A DNA stretch of 64,000 bases. Source: Rebecca billardiae RCC1528 (taxonomy: Eukaryota > Protista > Haptophyta). The stretch spans positions 2,232,001-2,296,000 of the forward strand of contig OZ251224.1 of the NCBI GenBank assembly GCA_965240325.2. The letters run 5' to 3'. Shown in pieces: positions 58,650 to 64,000 of this stretch; the stretch's first letter is position 1, and each line of letters opens with the position of its first letter. Position numbers and translations under genes: made by a program. The notes under the pieces were generated by a model, which was not told where the DNA came from, ran no database searches, and saw only the letters and a list, made by a program, of their open reading frames with translations.

Positions 58650-60440
58650 ATGGCTGCTGTGGCGACGGACGGCGCGGTGCGCGCCAACGTGGTGCTGCAG
58701 CACGTGTCCGCGCAGACGGGCGGCGTGACACGGACCAAGTCGTTCAAGATGGTCGAGCTGACCGTGGCCGTCGACGACGCGCGCGTCAAGTCGCTCGTCG
58801 CCTGCACGCGGCCCAAGCAGACGGTGCTCGCCGAGGGCCGCGCGCTCGCGGGCGCGAGCATCAAGGCCAAGTTCGCGCGCGAGGGCAAGGTGACCATCGC
58901 GCTCCCGGCGGTGAACATGTTCATCTTCGTGAGCAATGCCAACCCTGCGCGGCTCCCCGACTGGATCGACGAGCTCGCCCGATTCCTCGGCGTCGCACCG
59001 CCCGCGCACGCCTCGCGCGACGAGCGGGGTGCATGCGCCGCGCTGGGCGCCACCCAGCAGCCCAACAGCCTGGCTGGGCGGCGCGCGCGCGACGACCCGC
59101 GCGCCTCGTGCGGCCAGATCGAGCCGAGCACCAAGCGCGCAAGGACGACCGACGACGCCGGGCCCGACGCGCCCGCGCTCAACGCCGAGCAGGTGGCGAT
59201 CGTGCAGCTCGTCCGTGACGGCCATTCTCTCTTCTTCACCGGCGCGGCCGGCACAGGCAAGTCGCGCGTGCTCGGCGCCGTGATCGGCGAGATGCCGGCG
59301 GAGAGCACGGCCGTGACTGCGATGACCACCTCGGCGGCCGCGCTCATCGGCGGCACGACGCTGCACGCCTTCGCTGGCATCGGCTCAGACGATCGCCCGC
59401 TGAGCGAGCTGATTGCGAGCGCGGGCTCGCGCGCGCGCGACACGTGGCGCCGCACCAAGCTGCTCATCATCGACGAGGTGTCGATGCTCTCGGCCGAGCT
59501 CTTCGACAAGCTGGATGCCGTCGCGCGCGTGATGCGCGGCTCGGACGCCCCGTTCGGCGGGCTGCAGCTGCTGCTGTGCGGCGACTTCTTCCAGCTGCCG
59601 CCGGTGCTCAAGCGCGGCGCGGCCGGCGCGCTCTTTGCCTTCCAGGCGCGCGCGTGGCAGGGCTGCGGGCTCAAGGCCGTGCAGCTGACGACCGTGCACC
59701 GGCAGGCGGACGCCGAGCTCGTGCGCCTGCTGCACGACGTGCGCGTCGGCTCCCTCTCCGCTCGCTCGCTGGCGCTCCTCCAGCGCTGCGAGCGCACCGA
59801 CCTCGAGGCCACGTGCCCGCCCGGCGTCGTGCCGACGCGCCTGTTCACGCACCGCGCCGACTGCGATGCGGTGAACGCCCACGAGCTGGGCGCGCTCGCG
59901 GGCGCGACGCACCGCTTCGCCGCGCGCGACAGTGGCACGGGCGCGCGCGGGCGGACCCCCTCGCAGCTGCTCAGCGCCGCGGCGATCGCACCGGAGCAGC
60001 TCGAGCTCAAGGTCGGCGCGCAGGTGCTGCTGCTCCGGACTGTGAGCGCGCCGGACGGGCTGGTGAAGGGGACGCGCGGCCGCGTGGCGCGCTTCGCGCC
60101 CGGGAGCGGGCTGCCCGTTGTGGCGTTCGCCAACGGCGTCGAGCACACCATCGAGCGCCAGCCGTTCCTGCACGTGGTCGAGCGCCGCGTCGCGGCCTGC
60201 CGCTCGCAGCTGCCCCTCGCCCTCGGCTGGGCGATCTCGGTGCACAAGTCGCAGGGCATGACACTCGACTGCGTCGAGGTGTCGCTCGGCCGCGCCTTTG
60301 AGTTTGGCCAGACGTACGTCGCACTCTCACGCTGCCGCGCCCTCGGCGGCCTGCGCGTGCGAGACTTTGACGCGACGGCCGTGCGCGCGCACCCGGACGT
60401 GCTCGACTTCTACGAGGCCATGTTCGGCACGGCGCGATGA
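58650..60440 (+). CDS. PIF1: PIF1 5'-3' DNA helicase
   Basis: FFTGAAGTGKS, GGTTLHAFAG, IIDEVSM, PIF1 signature DKLDAVARVMRGSDAPFGGLQ, GDFFQLPPV, LKVGAQV, QLPL.LGWAISVHKSQGMTL, QTYVALSR. Confidence 0.95.
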   Translation: MAAVATDGAVRANVVLQHVSAQTGGVTRTKSFKMVELTVAVDDARVKSLVACTRPKQTVLAEGRALAGASIKAKFAREGKVTIALPAVNMFIFVSNANPARLPDWIDELARFLGVAPPAHASRDERGACAALGATQQPNSLAGRRARDDPRASCGQIEPSTKRARTTDDAGPDAPALNAEQVAIVQLVRDGHSLFFTGAAGTGKSRVLGAVIGEMPAESTAVTAMTTSAAALIGGTTLHAFAGIGSDDRPLSELIASAGSRARDTWRRTKLLIIDEVSMLSAELFDKLDAVARVMRGSDAPFGGLQLLLCGDFFQLPPVLKRGAAGALFAFQARAWQGCGLKAVQLTTVHRQADAELVRLLHDVRVGSLSARSLALLQRCERTDLEATCPPGVVPTRLFTHRADCDAVNAHELGALAGATHRFAARDSGTGARGRTPSQLLSAAAIAPEQLELKVGAQVLLLRTVSAPDGLVKGTRGRVARFAPGSGLPVVAFANGVEHTIERQPFLHVVERRVAACRSQLPLALGWAISVHKSQGMTLDCVEVSLGRAFEFGQTYVALSRCRALGGLRVRDFDATAVRAHPDVLDFYEAMFGTAR

Positions 60441-60917
60441 GCCATCGCGAGCGCACCGCCGAGGCGCCGCGTCGACCGGTGAGCAGTAGCGCGGTGAGAG
60501 TTCCTCCGCCATCAATCCGTGGTCGCTGTGGCGTCGCAAAGCTCAATCACGACTCGCGAGACCGTCGGTGATTCATCAGCCGCACCGAGCGCTCGACGAG
60601 ATTCGCGCCACCATCAGCATCATTCAGTAGACCACGATGGTGATCATATGCTGGTGTCGTGAGTCGGCTGACGATGGCAGGCTGCCGCAGGCGGCCCGAG
60701 CTTTCGGCGCGTTCACGGTGCCACTCGCGTGCACTGGTCGGCACTGGCGACGCTGATGATCAACAGCAATTGTACGTTCAGTATGGGGGAGTAAAGTGAT
60801 GATGTAAACATCACCAGTTTGATCCACTATGGTACTTGATGAATACAGTTTACTCCAAGATCAAACTTGGTCACCGCCACGAAGAGGCTGCGTGAAAGCT
60901 GACCAGGCTGAGGCAGG

Positions 60918-62033
60918 ATGGGTGCGTGCGGCTCAAGCCAGCAGCAGAGTGCTCGTACCCCAGCCACGGCTGGTCGCGACGACGATGGTGTTCAGCTCGT
61001 ACAGCAGGACGGCAAAGGCGTTGCGCTTGGCGTCGTGGGCACGGCCGACGCAGGCACTGCCCTCGTGGTCTCCCCACTCCCCTCGGTGCGTGGCGGCGTC
61101 TCACTCACCCACGCCGCGTGTGCGTGCTGCGCGAGGCCGAACCAGGCGCACGCTCATCTCGTGCCTCCGGGCACATGCTCACTCCTGCGCGCCTACACGC
61201 ACATCCTGCGCATCCGGGAACTCCTCGCTCCTGCCCCCGCCCAGATGATATATTTTGATCTCGTATTCTTTGCCAACTATGGCCTCGGGTGGATCCTCTC
61301 TGCGATATTCCAGTGGGACTTCATCGGAGACAACAATGTCGCGCGCATCTACGGCGTGCTCAACATCTGCGTTGGCGTGGACTCCTTCCCCGCCCGCCCC
61401 GTTGCCGCCATCCTCTTCATCATCGCCATGACCTTCATGGGCGACGGGCTCTTCATTGGCAGCCTGCGCGCGCAGTTTGCAGACGAGGGCGCTCCGCACA
61501 AGCTGAGCCGCTGGGTCATGAACATCGGCTACGTGGGCTGCTGCTCGTTCATGCTCACCTACGCCGTGCCCCCGGACAACCTCAAGCTCGTCAAGATCCA
61601 CGTCATGGGCTTCTTGCTGGGGCTTCTGGGCTACGCTCTCATCAAGGCGTCGGGGGCCATCGAGTGGAGGGGCCTGCACCCCACGCAGTCGCTCAAGCTG
61701 TCCGCAGCGACCGCCTACTTTTGGTCTCGCGTGGCCTCGTCCGCCTTCCTCTTCCTCTCCTTCGTCATCCTCCTCGCCACCACGGTGCAGGCACTCTCCG
61801 ACCCCGCCGTGGAAGACAACGTGGCCACCATCGACTCGTCTCGCATTCCTGCCCTCGTCGTGGGTCCGCCGATCCGAATCACGCCCACCTTCGACTGGTT
61901 GGGCACCCTGCTTGTGCTCTTCGCGCTCGTGGACCCCTTCATCGCGCTGACACTCGGGAACAAGCCCCAGGCGGATCCTGAGCTGTCCGATGTCCTCGTG
62001 AGCGTCAGCTCCGGCGCGCGCGTCATTGTGTAG
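60918..62033 (+). CDS. Uncharacterised multi-pass membrane protein with N-terminal MGACGS acylation motif; exons 60918-61085, 61245-62033
   Basis: About six hydrophobic helices; in-frame 159-bp GTGCGT...CCCAG segment (61086-61244) interpreted as an intron. Confidence 0.72.
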   Translation: MGACGSSQQQSARTPATAGRDDDGVQLVQQDGKGVALGVVGTADAGTALVVSPLPSVRGGVSLTHAACACCARPNQAHAHLVPPGTCSLLRAYTHILRIRELLAPAPAQMIYFDLVFFANYGLGWILSAIFQWDFIGDNNVARIYGVLNICVGVDSFPARPVAAILFIIAMTFMGDGLFIGSLRAQFADEGAPHKLSRWVMNIGYVGCCSFMLTYAVPPDNLKLVKIHVMGFLLGLLGYALIKASGAIEWRGLHPTQSLKLSAATAYFWSRVASSAFLFLSFVILLATTVQALSDPAVEDNVATIDSSRIPALVVGPPIRITPTFDWLGTLLVLFALVDPFIALTLGNKPQADPELSDVLVSVSSGARVIV

Positions 62034-62396
62034 GTTGCGGTTCACATCGCATACTTGACAACAACTTTGAGCGGCGTGCTGGCGTGCGCCGTGGGCTGCG
62101 CATGCCGGCGCACATCAGCTACTCGATGCGTGACTGCGCCCTCGTCATGCGTGACTGCGCCCTCGTCCAGAACGCCATCGTCGCCCGCCACTGTGCTGCC
62201 GCTGCTGACGTCCTCTCGGCAGACTCGGTCAGCAGTGAGACAGCACGGCCTAGTCGTATAGTACTGACTACTGCGCGCACGGCACGCGGCCTGCACGACA
62301 TAGGCCATATGAGTGTCAGACTGGGCACCAGTCCTCGGTGAAACCGTTCCACAGGAGTCGCGGGTAAGTTTCCGCGCATCTACCCGTACGTATACT

Positions 62397-63925
62397 GGCC
62401 CGCGGTGCAGGGCGGAGCGCGTAGCGTGGAGCCCCGCCGGGGGCCCTCACTACGTTGTCAAAAAGATCTTTTGATCAAAGAAAAGGGGACGGGGGACGAT
62501 TTTGAGGGCTGTTGGAGGGTGAGTTTTCGCTTTTTCGAGGGGTACATTGGCCCATTGCTTTGCATTAGCAAGACTCGATTGACGAAATAGCCGCGCCCGC
62601 TCCAATTCCGTATCTACGGACGGACGTGAGCCTGTGGACGTGCATTTGTCAGTATATCTGGGTGAACGAATCTGCGATTTGTTGTAAATCTTCATACGAC
62701 CATAATGTTGCCAAATAGGACGATGACCCAAGCGCGTGCGATGGAGGTCCTGGGCTCCTGGCAAAAAGTCTCGTCAAGTACTCAACTTTACTAACGACGA
62801 ACCTTTGCGCGCTGCCAAATTACTCAACTTTACTAACGACGAACCTTTGCGCGCTGCCAAATGGGACGAGACCCAAGCGTAGTGATGCATGGAGGTCCTA
62901 CCAAAAATCCGTCAAGTACTCAACTTTACTGACGACGAACCTTTGCGCTCCCGGCGAGTATGATGCGTCGCATCCGATTACCGATTGGCCGAGTCTGAAC
63001 TATGACGAACGGCACCCGGTATTGGATGGCGGCCCGAGGGCCGAGGCCGAACGCAGCAGGTTTTTTACCCGGGCGCGGGCCCTGCCCGCGCGGGCGCGTT
63101 CGTCCTCGAGGAGGAGCGCGCAAGGGCGAGCCGAGTCCGGAGCACTACGCGTAAGCTCGTTCGTTGCTAGAGGAGGAGCGCGCCGCGAGCACGCAACGGA
63201 TGCGCCCGGAGCTAGCGCGGCTGAAGGGCGAGCTCGAGCACGCGAGCTCGCTCCTCGTGACGTCGAGCGCGAGCTCCTCCTTAGCAACTCGGTCGACGGC
63301 GGCGTGGAGGTGCAGCAGCGTGAGGACAAGCAGGAGCAGTGACAGTCGTGGAACGCGCGCCGGTTCCCGTTCGGTCGCGCAGCCGGGCGCCCAGCTGACT
63401 CGGGCCGTGCATCGGAGCACGTGCGCGCGCAGGCGCTGGGCGCCGAGCTGGCCCGGAAGCGCGGCGCCGAGCTCGACGCGCTGCGCCGTGCGCGACGCGG
63501 CGACGGACGCGCTGGCTGGGCGCGCGCGGCGCCCTCGTCGCGACGCCCCGTGCAGCAGCTCGAGCAGCCAGCTGTGGAGTAGACGGCCGTCGACTCGAGG
63601 GCGCCACCGCGCCGGGTGAGTGAGCACGCACGGGCTCAGCCTCGGTCGGCTGGCTGGCCGCCGCTGCTTCGAGGCCGACGCGGCGGAGGAGGCGGCGGGC
63701 GAGCACGCTGCACGGTGGCGCGGTGGAGCAGGCGCGCACGCGCGGCGGCAGGCGCGACCCGCCGCTCGCCTCGTTCCACCCCGAGCTCCGCGCTCGGTCT
63801 CGCCTCTCGGTGCGCGGCTGCGCAGCGCCGTGAGTGAGCGCACGGGCCCGGGGGGCGGGGCCGCAGCAGTGGCGCGCGCTCTCGCTCTGCCGGCACGAGG
63901 CGCAACGGAGGGTGCACCGCGGGCC
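62397..63925. mobile_element. ~1.5-kb non-autonomous DNA transposon with 13-bp TIRs and internal tandem repeats
   Basis: GGCCCGCGGTGCA (62397-62409) / TGCACCGCGGGCC (63913-63925); left end shared with the 8891 copy; flanks ACT/TCT (imperfect 3-bp TSD); no transposase recognised. Confidence 0.7.
62708..62949 (+). repeat. Nested tandem repeats (TACTCAACTTTACT(A/G)ACGACGAACCTTTGCGC x3 within larger units)
   Basis: Copies start at ~62779, 62821 and 62917; GGACGA..ACCCAAGCG...ATGGAGGTCCT block repeated at ~62718 and ~62864. Confidence 0.85.
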
Positions 63926-64000
63926 TCTAACTACGTTGGTTCTACGGAAGGACCGCGGAACGCGGTCATATATACTGTATAATCAGTGATGACGCCATAT

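Noticed and set aside
58506-59366. N-terminal extension of the 752-aa DnaJ ORF
   Set aside because: Antisense shadow of PIF1; the signal peptide begins at 58505.
58650-60440. Helitron-derived helicase
   Set aside because: No Rep/HUH domain or Helitron ends; it looks like the ordinary cellular PIF1 in a divergent gene pair.

Overview
Very GC-rich eukaryotic nuclear DNA with short GC-rich GT-AG introns (mostly GTGCG donors), consistent with a microalga such as a haptophyte (organism inferred from composition, not established). The first ~14 kb is repeat-rich: three paralogous secreted sulfotransferase-fold genes with degenerate PAPS-binding motifs, compound microsatellites, MITE-like elements and a ~560-bp long inverted repeat. 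14-62 kb is gene-dense: Aa_trans transporter, NT-C2+DIL protein, SAM + bacterial-toxin-like protein, PI4K, ERD6/GLUT8-like sugar porter, two large IQ-motif proteins, sirtuin, tryptophanase, an amidohydrolase lacking its catalytic ligands, Sel1+MYND protein, NPRL2, VPS15, an ER DnaJ-ShKT protein, PIF1 and a membrane protein. Ten of these genes form five tight head-to-head pairs. A ~1.5-kb non-autonomous TIR element closes the window. The best candidate for a new system is the three-exon gene at 20822-22367 (not recovered intact by the ORF track), which fuses a SAM domain to a GH..LA..V.FAGE..W.N.SG.Y toxin/ADP-ribosyltransferase-like domain. All calls come from motif recognition by eye; no searches were run. 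Most ORFs in the track are GC-driven or microsatellite artefacts.
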